A stretch of 64,000 bases of DNA from a virus (taxonomy: Duplodnaviria; Caudoviricetes), in IMG/VR virus record IMGVR_UViG_3300031993_000015; one strand, written 5' to 3'. Numbering within the stretch: position 1 is the stretch's first letter; the number at the start of each line of letters is the position of its first letter. The position numbers and the translations under genes were made by a program. Positions 17,995 to 28,052 of this stretch are shown one piece after another. The notes below the pieces were generated by a model. That model did no database searches. It was not told where the DNA came from and worked only from the letters and a program-made list of their open reading frames with translations.

Positions 17995-18410
17995 GCAACT
18001 ATCTCGAACCTGGCCAGAAAGTCTGGTTCTGGTATCTGCGCTATAACAAGAACGACGTGCTTGAGATCACTGTGATGCATGGCACGGTTCTGCAGTCAAT
18101 CGAAAGCGTGTGGGGCAAGGATGCCTATGCTATCATTCCGGACGGTGCAGAGGACACAAGCCCGTGCAATGTAAATATCCTGCGTTCCCATATTGCTGAG
18201 ACCAAGCAGGGCGTCTACGAGAGCCTTGTACACGGCCTTGATGATTTGATCTGGGACCTGGAGAAGAACATGGATAGCAAGGTCGATGACCTGCGGGACC
18301 AGATCCGGAAGGTCAGCGCAAAGCTCAAGCAGGCAACTGCAGCCTATGCACACAATCGAGATCTGCTGGAAGGTCTCAGAAAGGAACAAAATGGCAACCA
18401 GGACAAGTAA
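17991..18410 (+). CDS. SH3/KOW-like paralog plus coiled coil
   Basis: LEPGQKVWF...IAETKQGVY. Confidence 0.6.
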   Translation: MSNYLEPGQKVWFWYLRYNKNDVLEITVMHGTVLQSIESVWGKDAYAIIPDGAEDTSPCNVNILRSHIAETKQGVYESLVHGLDDLIWDLEKNMDSKVDDLRDQIRKVSAKLKQATAAYAHNRDLLEGLRKEQNGNQDK

Positions 18411-18792
18411 GCCGAAGGAATCGGTTCCACGCTGGTACAATCTGATGAAGATTCATGAGAGACTGGCATCGTCTGAGAAACCAAAGATCAAGAAGGGCGA
18501 TACCGTTTACTGGATCAACACGGAGTGCGGCGACTGGTGGAACAAGCACTATGAGACCAATCCTGTACTGTTTCGCGGCACTGTCAAGACGAAACACAGG
18601 GACGGCATGGTGCTCGTTGTCTGGGAACCCAATGAGTGGACAGACGACGAGAACTGCAGCGAAATTCCAATGTCCCCAACGGATCTGTACAAGGATCCTA
18701 TGAAGTGCATCCAGGACTGGCTTCAGGAGAACCGTAAGGAGCTTGAAACACAGCTGCAGATCATACAGGAGGCAGTCGATGAAAACGGTTAA
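18391..18792 (+). CDS. SH3/KOW-like paralog plus coiled coil
   Basis: IKKGDTVYW...LYKDPMKCI. Confidence 0.6.
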   Translation: MATRTSKPKESVPRWYNLMKIHERLASSEKPKIKKGDTVYWINTECGDWWNKHYETNPVLFRGTVKTKHRDGMVLVVWEPNEWTDDENCSEIPMSPTDLYKDPMKCIQDWLQENRKELETQLQIIQEAVDENG

Positions 18793-19999
18793 AGGTGCTT
18801 ATGGCGAGGCACTTATCTACACAGATCTGGTAGACGACAAGAGCATTGACCAGGTCAAGCTCCTGATGGACCAGCCGTTCGTCAAGGGTCAGCAGGTTCG
18901 TATGATGCCGGATATTCACGCGGGTGTCGGCTGTACGATAGGAACCACCATGACCGTAAACGACAAGATCTGTCCAAACCTCGTCGGCGTCGATATCGGG
19001 TGCGGGATGCTGGCCGCGAACATCGGCAAGGTCGATGTTGATTTCGATAAGTTCGACAAAGCGGTTCGCGCCCTGATTCCCAGCGGTATGAATATCCGCA
19101 GTTGGGTGTCACCGGACATGTTCAAGTACATGGAGATGCTGCGCATCGACACATCGCTCTGGTGCAGTGACAGCATTGATGTGGATCGCGCCGAGCTGTC
19201 CATGGGAACACTTGGAGGTGGCAACCACTTCATCGAGCTCAACCGTGCGCAGAGCAACGATGCTGTATGGCTGGTCATACATACCGGCTCCCGGCACCTG
19301 GGTCTGGAAGTGGCGAATTACTATCAGAAGCTCGCCATAAAGGAACTCAAGGGATGTAAGTGGTCCAGTTCGGCAATCATCGAAGAACTGAAGCGCCAGG
19401 GCAGGCAGCGCGAGATACAGGCGACTCTGCAGAAGATGAAAGCGGAGGCGTGCAATATCCCAGATGCGCTGTGCTACCTGGAGCACGAGTCTTTCCAGCA
19501 CTATATGCATGATATCGAGATTGTGCAGAACTATGCAGAGTTCAATCGCGATTGCATCATGTACACACTGTGCGCCGCAATGGGTTGGAAGCCGCGCTTC
19601 TCGTTCCATACCAAGCACAATTACGTGAGTATGCGCAGACGCATTCTGCGCAAAGGAGCCGTGTCCGCTGAGCGGGGTGATATGCTTGTCATTCCTATGA
19701 ACATGCGAGATGGCAGCCTGTTGTGCCAAGGAAAGAGCAACCCGGACTGGAACTACTCGGCGCCGCATGGCGCAGGTCGCATCATGTCCCGTGCCCAGGC
19801 CAGGAACAACATCGACTTGGGGGACTACGCACGGACGATGGAGGATGCAGGCATCTGGACTTCTTCGGTCAATCTTGGCACACTCGATGAAGCGCCCCAG
19901 GCTTACAAGCCCATGGAGAGCATCGTCGAGAATATCCAGGATACTGTGAAGGTTCTGGATATCCTGAAACCGATCTACAACTTCAAAGCATCGGAGTGA
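18779..19999 (+). CDS. rtcB: RtcB RNA ligase (3'-phosphate/5'-OH)
   Basis: MPDIHAG, VGVDIGCG, GTLGGGNHFIE, IHTGSR, HNY, RKGA, SAPHGAGR, DEAPQAYK. Confidence 0.95.
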   Translation: MKTVKGAYGEALIYTDLVDDKSIDQVKLLMDQPFVKGQQVRMMPDIHAGVGCTIGTTMTVNDKICPNLVGVDIGCGMLAANIGKVDVDFDKFDKAVRALIPSGMNIRSWVSPDMFKYMEMLRIDTSLWCSDSIDVDRAELSMGTLGGGNHFIELNRAQSNDAVWLVIHTGSRHLGLEVANYYQKLAIKELKGCKWSSSAIIEELKRQGRQREIQATLQKMKAEACNIPDALCYLEHESFQHYMHDIEIVQNYAEFNRDCIMYTLCAAMGWKPRFSFHTKHNYVSMRRRILRKGAVSAERGDMLVIPMNMRDGSLLCQGKSNPDWNYSAPHGAGRIMSRAQARNNIDLGDYARTMEDAGIWTSSVNLGTLDEAPQAYKPMESIVENIQDTVKVLDILKPIYNFKASE

Positions 20000-20006
20000 T
20001 GCATGG

Positions 20007-20040
20007 GAGCTCCTGGCCGTAAGGCCGGGGGCTTCTTTTT
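20007..20040 (+). terminator. Terminator between convergent rtcB and HTH genes
   Basis: AGCTCCTGGCC-GTAA-GGCCGGGGGCT followed by a T tract. Confidence 0.75.
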
Positions 20041-20320
20041 ACACTTTAGGTGGACCGAACTGGATCAGGCGCTCGATGTCTTTCTTATCGTAGAACCTGT
20101 TGGCGTGGCTGATCTTGATTTCCCGGATCCATCCCTTGTTCACATACCGGCGCAGCGTCGGCCGGCTGCATCCCAGCATCCGAAGTGCCGCAAGGGGTCT
20201 CACTGTCTCGCATTCTCTGATATCGAAAACGACATCCAGGATCGCCTTGGATTCTGCCTTGGTCACTGTCTTGTCCCATGCGAGAACCCTGCAGATGACC
20301 CATTTGGTGATATTCTTCAT
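20039..20320 (-). CDS. MerR/excisionase-like helix-turn-helix protein
   Basis: AALRMLGCSRPTLRRYVNKGWI...RFYDKKDIERL; AGGAGG RBS; the only convincing minus-strand gene. Confidence 0.75.
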   Translation of the reverse strand: MKNITKWVICRVLAWDKTVTKAESKAILDVVFDIRECETVRPLAALRMLGCSRPTLRRYVNKGWIREIKISHANRFYDKKDIERLIQFGPPKV

Positions 20321-20663
20321 AGAGCACCTCCTTATAGTAAGGAAGAGCGGTCACACAATGGCGCAAGGCTCCGGGGAAGTTCCCATAGCTCTCACCCGGC
20401 AGCGGAAAACCATGCCTCTCCCACCAGTGATGTGCGTCTGCAGGGCCGGTCACTGGTCTTCCCAAGAATCCGGATTCTCCAAACGGATTCAGCCCCAGGC
20501 CTGGATGCCTCCAACTGGGGCTCTTTTGTTATTCCTCGTAGAACAAGCGGATCAGTTCCTGATAGAACTCGACGGTACCCTGTACGTATGTCTCAATCAT
20601 AGGAGCCTCCTTGGTATCTGATGTACTGTAAGCAAGAAACACCATAACAAAGAGGACATTCCC

Positions 20664-21242
20664 ATGAAACATACCGACTTCTTCAACATGATAGTCCAGG
20701 AAAGCGGCGTCATCAAGACAGACGACGAAGGCAACAGCGTTTGCACATCCTGTCACGGCACAGGCAAGCACTACGAAGCATCTGTCCAGCATCATAAGAA
20801 TTGCGCCTTCATGAAGGCTGTCAATCAGCTCACGAAACTGATGCCCGACAAAAATGAACTTCAAGTTGAAAATTCGATCACGGTCGGCATGATGCTCCCG
20901 TATCTGTCCGAGATGTGCCCGGAAGAGATCGAGAAAGCCAAGGATCTGGCCGACTGCATGCAGGCCGCCGAGAACCCGGCGCAGCGTGCCCATGTCGCCG
21001 ATTTGGTCACGTCCTGGTGCCGGTCTGTGAAGCAGGGAATCCTGGCGGCTGTCATCCAGAGTGGATTACCGGACAGCAAGGCGCTTCTGACGTTCCGCAA
21101 CTATCTGATCTTCGAGAAGAGCAACACCAACGAGTCTCTGCGGATCGCCCTGGCGCTGTTGTCGCTGAACAAAAACATCGAGGCGCTCCTGCCGACGTTT
21201 TATAAGCTGCTGACAGGCAAGTACCCGAATTACAAGCGCTGA
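20664..21242 (+). CDS. Hypothetical protein (CTSC...HHKNC possible Zn site)
   Basis: GAGGA RBS; codon bias. Confidence 0.7.
   Translation: MKHTDFFNMIVQESGVIKTDDEGNSVCTSCHGTGKHYEASVQHHKNCAFMKAVNQLTKLMPDKNELQVENSITVGMMLPYLSEMCPEEIEKAKDLADCMQAAENPAQRAHVADLVTSWCRSVKQGILAAVIQSGLPDSKALLTFRNYLIFEKSNTNESLRIALALLSLNKNIEALLPTFYKLLTGKYPNYKR
20851..20875. repeat. Dispersed 23-bp palindrome, copy 2 (intragenic, left arm degenerate)
   Basis: AAAATGAACTTCAAGTTGAAAATTC. Confidence 0.7.
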
Positions 21243-21278
21243 CGCTGGTCCTTCTATAAGATTATATAGGAGACAGTC

Positions 21279-23162
21279 ATGGCTTATTACGATCTTTCAG
21301 GTGGCGCACCCTTCGGCGGAAGGATGAACCCCTTCCGTACATACAGCAACTACATATACCCCAAGAACATAGACCAGGTTCTCATCTGGGCCGAGTGGTT
21401 CTGGGAGCGCAACGCCAAGTACCGCACCTGCATCCAGAAGTGCATCAGCTACTTCGTATCCGGCATCAATGTGATCCAGATGGACAAGAAGGAAGCTGCC
21501 GATTCGCAGGCTGTCGAGTCCCTGCATGACATGCTGGTTGACGAATACGACCTGTTGAATCTCATCAATACGGTCGGTGTGGAACTGGCTGCGATGGGCA
21601 ACGTATTTGTCTCCTGTGAACGCCCGATCAGCCGTTGGCTGCTGTGCCCTGAGTGCGACTGGATGATGGCGCTGCGGCAGCTGACCAGGGGCGTCGAGTT
21701 CGAGTGGGACGGAAAGCAGTTCACGGGAACCTGCCCGAAGTGCGGTCGCAAGGTCGTCTACAACATCCACGACGATCCGACCACGGACGAATACGGCCGC
21801 AAGGTCCGGTTCATCTTCCGTGCTCCGCAGGACATGTTCGTCCAGTACAACCGCCTGACCGACTCTTTCCAGTACTTCTACAAGATTCCGGATGATATCA
21901 AGAACGCCATCAAGCGCGGTGAGATGGCTTATCTGCTGAATACCCCGAAGGCGTTCCTGGATGCCGTGCATCAGGATGGCCTGGTCAAGTTCCCGGAGGA
22001 CATGTTCTTCGCGGCGCGTACCAGAACGCTGACCCCGCTGGACGAACGGTACAAGGGCTGGGGCGTTCCGCTGTTTATGACCAGCTTCGACAATTTCATC
22101 CGGCTGCAGCATCTCGACAAATTCAATGAGGCCGTCACGATGGACTACATCGCGCCGGTCCGTATCATCAGTCCCAGACCGCAGAACATTGCGGCGTCCG
22201 CACACGATCCCAACAGGCTGCCCATCGGCGGCGGTCAGTTCATGTCCTTTATCCAGAACGGCATTCGTCGTGTCAAGGACAACCCGACGACCTGGCTGGT
22301 CAGCCCGACGCCTGTCGAGTACCAACTGATCGGTGGCGAAGCCAAAGAGCTGACACCCGTGGACCTGATGGAATGGTATGTGACCCAGATCCTGTCCGAT
22401 ATGGGGATCCCGCAGGAGTTCCGCCAGACGACTTTCCAGGTCGTTGCGCCGTCTATGGGCATGCGCATGTTCGAGCGCCAGTGGCGGCCGAACACGAAGC
22501 CGATGGATGCGTTCACGCGGTGGGCCGGCGAGAAGATCTGCGACTACGAGAAGTTCGCCAACATGCGTGTCACGCTGGATGTCACCAGCTTCGTCGAAGA
22601 CGACATGAACAAGCAGATGCTGTTCCAGCTGATGACCGGCGGCCAGATCTCCAAGACGAACGTTCTGAAGACACTCGGTGTGGACTTCGAGGAAGATCTC
22701 AAGATGCGCATCAACGAGATGAAGAAAGAGCGCGAGCAGTTCACCAAGGAAGACAAGGCACAGCAGGACCAGGAGATGGTCGGCTCGGTGTTCCCGCCGC
22801 AGGGTATCGCCGGCGTTATGCAGGCGCAGGGTGTCATGGATGCCCAGATGGCTGCGCTGCAGCCACAACAGCCACAGCAGCCCGGAGCCCCGATGGGTCC
22901 TGGCGCACCGGCTGCACCTGCGCCGGTTCCGGCCAGCGACACGGAAGGTGGCGGACAGCCGCTGGGCAGTGTCTGGGAACAGGGTGCGCAGGAAGCGCAG
23001 AGACTCTACAACGCGCCGCCTAACGTCCGCCGTCAGGAACTGGTCAACATGAAGGCGACCAATCCTGAACTGCATGCGGCTGTCACACAGCAGCTCCAGA
23101 ACATGCGCCAGCAGGTCGCTTCGGATGCCGTGGCCCAGTCCCAGATGCCACAGCCGCAGTGA
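21279..23162 (+). CDS. Probable portal protein with Zn-ribbon insertion and Q/P-rich tail
   Basis: Size and position at the head of the structural block; GNVFVS and GWGVP...EAVTMDYIAPVRII segments; CPEC...CPKC insert. Confidence 0.55.
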   Translation: MAYYDLSGGAPFGGRMNPFRTYSNYIYPKNIDQVLIWAEWFWERNAKYRTCIQKCISYFVSGINVIQMDKKEAADSQAVESLHDMLVDEYDLLNLINTVGVELAAMGNVFVSCERPISRWLLCPECDWMMALRQLTRGVEFEWDGKQFTGTCPKCGRKVVYNIHDDPTTDEYGRKVRFIFRAPQDMFVQYNRLTDSFQYFYKIPDDIKNAIKRGEMAYLLNTPKAFLDAVHQDGLVKFPEDMFFAARTRTLTPLDERYKGWGVPLFMTSFDNFIRLQHLDKFNEAVTMDYIAPVRIISPRPQNIAASAHDPNRLPIGGGQFMSFIQNGIRRVKDNPTTWLVSPTPVEYQLIGGEAKELTPVDLMEWYVTQILSDMGIPQEFRQTTFQVVAPSMGMRMFERQWRPNTKPMDAFTRWAGEKICDYEKFANMRVTLDVTSFVEDDMNKQMLFQLMTGGQISKTNVLKTLGVDFEEDLKMRINEMKKEREQFTKEDKAQQDQEMVGSVFPPQGIAGVMQAQGVMDAQMAALQPQQPQQPGAPMGPGAPAAPAPVPASDTEGGGQPLGSVWEQGAQEAQRLYNAPPNVRRQELVNMKATNPELHAAVTQQLQNMRQQVASDAVAQSQMPQPQ

Positions 23163-23170
23163 GGTCTGCC

Positions 23171-25306
23171 ATGACACTGAATGAACTCATCAAGCTCGCC
23201 AACGCCAATCAGGTCCAGCCGATTCAGCCACAACAGCCCCAGCAGCCGCAGCCTCCGAAACCGACAGCTGCGGCTCAGCCATATAACGCGCAGCAGGGTC
23301 AGCCTACTCCGCAGAAGAACGGTTACGGGTACACACGCAGTACATATACTATTCCGCAACAGTATGCCCAGCATCAGAACGCGGACGGCTCGCTCACGAA
23401 GTTCAATCAGCAGGAATACAACGACTGGCAGAATAACGTCAAGAATTGGGAAGCACAGCGCAAGGCTGATCTGGAAGCCCAGGGTATCCAGCTGACGGAT
23501 CAGAACAAGCATCTGTGGAATCATGCGGCGGCTTGGAACTATATCAATCAGAAACGTACCGATGCGCAGGATACCGGTCGTCATTGGTGGAAACCCTGGA
23601 CATGGTTCCAGGATGCTCCGGAGCAGTTCAGGCAGGCAACCAACAACTGGGATCCTGTGGAGATGGAAGCTGCGAAGGCCAGCAGTCAGGGCTATCAGAT
23701 TGGTACGCAGCAGGATATTATGCTGAACCGTGCTGAGCATGCGAAGGTAGCAGATCATTATATCAATAGCCTTGCAAATAAGTTTGTTCTTGGTGATTAT
23801 AAAAATCAAGCCAATAAGGAGTTTGCAAATAGTCTTGTTGATATGGGCGTGGATCCACATGATGCTATAGATACTGTTTTCAAAAGCAATGCCGAAGTCA
23901 TGTTCCAGGATAACACACCTGGTAATGAAAACAGCTGGCGTAATATTCTGCTGCGGGAAGGTGTCGGTCTCGGCGAAGCGTTTTATGGTGCGGATGCGCC
24001 ACAGACATATCTGCTTATGAAGGGTATGGGGCAAATTCCATATGTTGGCAAACACCCATTAGCAGCTACGATAGGTCTCGGTGCTGGTATTCCGTTTGGT
24101 TCCCGTATGGTACAAGCCTATATGACAAACGGGAATCCGCAGGCCGGTCTTTTCTTAGGCATGAACAGTAATAGAGAATACGAGAATCTGTATAGAGACT
24201 GGTACGGTGATGATGCTGCAAATGCGACATTCCAGCTTGGCATGCTACAGAATCAGAACGGAGAATATACAAATGCCTGGGATGTAGAGCACGGCGGTAA
24301 TAATCCTGCAAACTATGCGGAATATACATCATGGGCGGCTGGCAAAGGCTACAGCGGAGATCAGCTCCAGGATCCAGCTGTCATGAAGCAGTGGGTGCAG
24401 CGTTCCATAGACCAGGGAACGCCTGTAGCTGCTATCATGGAAACACCTATGTTCCAGAATCTGACTCCTACTGACAAGGCGCAGTTTGCGGTTGACATGC
24501 TGAAGAACCGTGTGCTTGGTGATACGGGTATGTTCAAGCTGTTGAAACAGAAGTACTGGGATAATATGTCCGAGGCAGAGATGCTCGCGGATGCTATGCG
24601 TAATGACAAGTCCGGTGTTATAGCAGATACCATTGGTGAGTTCTTTGCTATGAACGACACAGCTACTGTTCTCAAGTTCATTGAGATGAACGCTGGTGAT
24701 GGTACTGGTGGATCGGTGGCAGACACGAGTAACCTGTTCAAAGCCTTCCAGGATGGCATGGTTCAGAATCTGAAGAACAACCCAGATCAGACGGGTGCCA
24801 TGATGCAGGGTCTTCTGAATCTTCAGGCAGCGAAGAGTGAAGCAGGTGGTGCAACGCTTGCAAATGACTCACAGGGTGTTGCAGCCATAAAGAAAGCGTT
24901 TACACAGGCGCTTGCAGATCCTGATTTTGTAAACGAGATGTCAGATGACAAATTACTGGAACTTGCTGAACTTTTTGCAAATAACGGTAGCGCTGCTGGT
25001 GGTATGGATATGCTGGGAGATGAATGGGTTGAGCTTGCGAACACAGCCGAAACCAATATCCGAAATAGAGTCAGCGAAGCCTTCTTCAACAATCCACTCA
25101 AGAACGGCCCGAAGATTGCCGGTCTCTGGTTGGCATCCAAAGGTTTCGGCGGGATGGGACAGTTCGCCAGCAACCCGTGGATCTTCTACAGCGTTGCGCT
25201 GTCTTTGCTTCTCGGCGGTGCGCTTATGCTGACCAGTGGCATCGACGAAGATGACGAGGAAGAGGATGACTACCACAGGGCTCTTAAAGACAATCCCTGG
25301 TCATGA
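23171..25306 (+). CDS. Putative internal virion/ejection protein with C-terminal TM segment
   Basis: MTLNELIKLA leader; QP-rich N-terminus; WIFYSVALSLLLGGALML. Confidence 0.5.
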   Translation: MTLNELIKLANANQVQPIQPQQPQQPQPPKPTAAAQPYNAQQGQPTPQKNGYGYTRSTYTIPQQYAQHQNADGSLTKFNQQEYNDWQNNVKNWEAQRKADLEAQGIQLTDQNKHLWNHAAAWNYINQKRTDAQDTGRHWWKPWTWFQDAPEQFRQATNNWDPVEMEAAKASSQGYQIGTQQDIMLNRAEHAKVADHYINSLANKFVLGDYKNQANKEFANSLVDMGVDPHDAIDTVFKSNAEVMFQDNTPGNENSWRNILLREGVGLGEAFYGADAPQTYLLMKGMGQIPYVGKHPLAATIGLGAGIPFGSRMVQAYMTNGNPQAGLFLGMNSNREYENLYRDWYGDDAANATFQLGMLQNQNGEYTNAWDVEHGGNNPANYAEYTSWAAGKGYSGDQLQDPAVMKQWVQRSIDQGTPVAAIMETPMFQNLTPTDKAQFAVDMLKNRVLGDTGMFKLLKQKYWDNMSEAEMLADAMRNDKSGVIADTIGEFFAMNDTATVLKFIEMNAGDGTGGSVADTSNLFKAFQDGMVQNLKNNPDQTGAMMQGLLNLQAAKSEAGGATLANDSQGVAAIKKAFTQALADPDFVNEMSDDKLLELAELFANNGSAAGGMDMLGDEWVELANTAETNIRNRVSEAFFNNPLKNGPKIAGLWLASKGFGGMGQFASNPWIFYSVALSLLLGGALMLTSGIDEDDEEEDDYHRALKDNPWS

Positions 25307-25337
25307 CGCGGAACCTTTTATACATGAGGTATAAATA

Positions 25338-26186
25338 ATGGCACATAATCCGATTTCGACAGGACTTCAGAGATACAAGGCAGTGACCCTCAACCCGATT
25401 GGCCACTCTGCCCTTATGGGCACGACCGCGTTTGGTCTTGGTGCTCTCGGTTGGAATCGCGCCACGGAAACAGCGCGTTCCCTGCTTCGTACTCCGATCC
25501 ATTACATGACAGGCATATCGTACGAGGACTTCGACAAGGAAGTCGATGACATCAAGAAAGACAAGAAGATGAGATACATCATACCAGGCTCTGTCGGGCT
25601 CGGCGTGCTTGGTCTCAGTCTTGCTTTTTGTCACAGACCGAATGAAGAATGGGGCGGTCTTCTTCGCTGGAACGCCAAGCCGAATGGCAAGATGGAGTCC
25701 CACGACATGGGTGGCGGCTACGGATACGTGATGCCCGGCTCCCAGAACCTGACCAAGACAGCATCTGCCATGAACAAGCTGGCGAGCGACATCTTCAATT
25801 ACAGCGGCTATGTTCCGCCTTTCGATTTCAGCCAGCAGGTCAATGTCCCGTACGCCAAACAGGAGTTCTTCTCGAATGATCCGTTCCTGAAGAACGATCC
25901 GTATGCGATGAACTTCGGCAAAGCCATTCTTACCAGTGCTCAGATGCAGAACGGCGCGGCTAATGTACCAATGGGAACCATTTACGACACAGCCGTGGAC
26001 AAGTTCAAGACTAAATTCAGCCTTGGCGGTGTCGTCGGCGTAGCTGCGAAGACGATGTTCGCCAACACTGCAGCGAGACTGTTCACGACTGCTCTCGGAG
26101 CCGTAACAGGTCTGTCCAAGGAGAACCAGGACAGGATCGTTGAAGCCGGAACCTGGGCCGGTGCCATCAAGTCAATTATCAGTTGA
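25338..26186 (+). CDS. Putative virion membrane-associated protein (glycine-rich TM segments)
   Basis: GTTAFGLGALG, GSVGLGVLGLSL; LTKTAS and MNKLAS motifs. Confidence 0.5.
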   Translation: MAHNPISTGLQRYKAVTLNPIGHSALMGTTAFGLGALGWNRATETARSLLRTPIHYMTGISYEDFDKEVDDIKKDKKMRYIIPGSVGLGVLGLSLAFCHRPNEEWGGLLRWNAKPNGKMESHDMGGGYGYVMPGSQNLTKTASAMNKLASDIFNYSGYVPPFDFSQQVNVPYAKQEFFSNDPFLKNDPYAMNFGKAILTSAQMQNGAANVPMGTIYDTAVDKFKTKFSLGGVVGVAAKTMFANTAARLFTTALGAVTGLSKENQDRIVEAGTWAGAIKSIIS

Positions 26187-26195
26187 GGAGACGAT

Positions 26196-26540
26196 ATGAA
26201 CATACAAACAGTACGAGATTCGATGGTCAAGCGGGCTGCTATTCCTGGCGTTACTTATGTCGGGAAGCTACTTGGCAGTATGTTTGCTACGGGTTCCGAT
26301 GCAGTTACAAACGGTGCTTTGTATCTGCTCGGTGCTGCTGCAGCATCCGGTATAGGTATCGGCGCCTTTGGTGCGCACATCACGTCCCACGGAAAACAGG
26401 ACGAGGATACGGTAAAGAAAGAGTACGAGAACGAGCGTCTGAAAGCGGATGTCGGCTATGTTGCCAGCCGTCTGGAGGACGAATACAACCGTTCCAAGAC
26501 CGCAACCAAACCGAAAGCCGCGAGAGTCCTGAATGTCTGA
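26196..26540 (+). CDS. Putative virion protein (leader plus glycine zipper)
   Basis: MNIQTVRDSMVKRAA; GAAAASGIGIGAFG. Confidence 0.55.
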   Translation: MNIQTVRDSMVKRAAIPGVTYVGKLLGSMFATGSDAVTNGALYLLGAAAASGIGIGAFGAHITSHGKQDEDTVKKEYENERLKADVGYVASRLEDEYNRSKTATKPKAARVLNV

Positions 26541-26994
26541 TACCGTTGATGAACCTATCTGCATAAGCGCAGCCGGTGCGCGACTGCTCACAGAGGATGA
26601 CCTGCCGGGTCGTGAGAAAGAAGACGACGGCAGCATCAAGCTGAGCAACAGCGACGCGCTCTGGTCCTATAGGGAAGAACACAAGATCCAGAATGTGCAG
26701 GTTAAGCAGTCCGATTGCAACCTGCCCATCGCGGATGATGAGACGCTGGCGAAGGCATTCCGGCTGAGTACCGTGCCACACTCCGAGATGTTCTGGCTCT
26801 CACCGGAGGACACGGAAGCACTGGAAAAGTACAACCAGATCATTCAGGCTGCCTATGACGGAAAAGTTATCATAGTAGACGAACAGAAACAATATGATCA
26901 GAGCAAGGGCAAGTTCATGGTGTGGCTCCGTTACGACGAGGTCGGCTGGGAACTCCATCCGCGCTTTGAGTTTATACGAGAGGAGCGAAAATGA
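26533..26994 (+). CDS. Hypothetical protein in the structural region
   Basis: Packed operon; codon bias. Confidence 0.65.
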   Translation: MSDTVDEPICISAAGARLLTEDDLPGREKEDDGSIKLSNSDALWSYREEHKIQNVQVKQSDCNLPIADDETLAKAFRLSTVPHSEMFWLSPEDTEALEKYNQIIQAAYDGKVIIVDEQKQYDQSKGKFMVWLRYDEVGWELHPRFEFIREERK

Positions 26995-28034
26995 GCAATC
27001 CAGCTGCAGCATGGGGCGATAGCCGCCAGGGCTCATGGTTCAACACGTTCAACCCGCTCTCGCAGGTCTTTCATCAGACTGACAGGATTCCTGCGTGGTG
27101 GGTCAACAATATGTTTCCGCATACGAAGGGCGGCCAGCGTGCTGCCCATCTGACTTTCAAGGCGGGCGCCGATGCTCTGATGGCCGCCGGCCTGATTGCG
27201 CTGTGGCGCGGGATGTCCCATGTGAATCGTATGTCGGAACTCGCCAAGAGCGATAATCCGGCGAACGGCATGAAATCTCAACTGTCCACAACGTTTGCAG
27301 GATCTCTTGATCCAGAGAAGCAGACGAAGGAGGCATCGGCGGATGCTCCGAATACACTGGGCCAGCCTGCCATTTTCTCAGCAGCTAATGCACTTAGCAC
27401 AGCTCTTCCTATCGGAGCTGTGCTTCTGGCTACCAGCCTTGCTTATAAGGCGACTGATGACTATCTGGACAGCAAGCGGAACAAGGCGCTGGATGCCGCT
27501 ATCGGCAGCAAGGAGAACATTCTGAAGCGCCTTATCAAGACACGTTCCAGACTTGCCAAGGGAAATGCCTCTGATTCCGAGGTTCGCAGAGCGCTCGGTG
27601 GTATGACCAATGAGGATCTGTATGTGAAGCAGGCGGCTCTTGGTAAGCAGGCTGATGGTTTTGTCAGTGGCGCCAAGGATACGATGCGCGGTACAGTTGG
27701 CGGATTCGCTGCTCTGAGCTGTTTGGTTCTGGGTGCCGCTGCGGTCGGTTCCTACTATTACTTCAGCAAGGCGGATGAGAATAACATCCGGTATCGTGCC
27801 ATGAAGAAGGGCCTCAAGGAGTATTCCCGTATGAAGTCTGGATTCACGCCGGTCGCGATCATTCCGACAAAGTCCCGCAAGTTCTTCGCAGACATCGACG
27901 AAGAAACTCCACAGCGCAAGAAGAAAGAAGTTGCGGCGGCACCTGCGCAGGTCACAGCTCCTGTCGAGAGCGTCCGTACGGAACAGCCTGTTCTGACTGA
28001 GACATACAACAAGCCAATTTCACTTACACTGTAA
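26991..28034 (+). CDS. Putative virion protein, three hydrophobic segments separated by K-x-A motifs
   Basis: TKEAS, VKQAALGKQAD; three TM-like helices. Confidence 0.55.
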   Translation: MSNPAAAWGDSRQGSWFNTFNPLSQVFHQTDRIPAWWVNNMFPHTKGGQRAAHLTFKAGADALMAAGLIALWRGMSHVNRMSELAKSDNPANGMKSQLSTTFAGSLDPEKQTKEASADAPNTLGQPAIFSAANALSTALPIGAVLLATSLAYKATDDYLDSKRNKALDAAIGSKENILKRLIKTRSRLAKGNASDSEVRRALGGMTNEDLYVKQAALGKQADGFVSGAKDTMRGTVGGFAALSCLVLGAAAVGSYYYFSKADENNIRYRAMKKGLKEYSRMKSGFTPVAIIPTKSRKFFADIDEETPQRKKKEVAAAPAQVTAPVESVRTEQPVLTETYNKPISLTL

Positions 28035-28052
28035 ATATAGGAGTTACAACTC

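Noticed and set aside
20003-20621. + strand ORFs 20003-20602 and 20100-20621
   Set aside because: They overlap the terminator and the better-supported minus-strand HTH gene, and have atypical composition.
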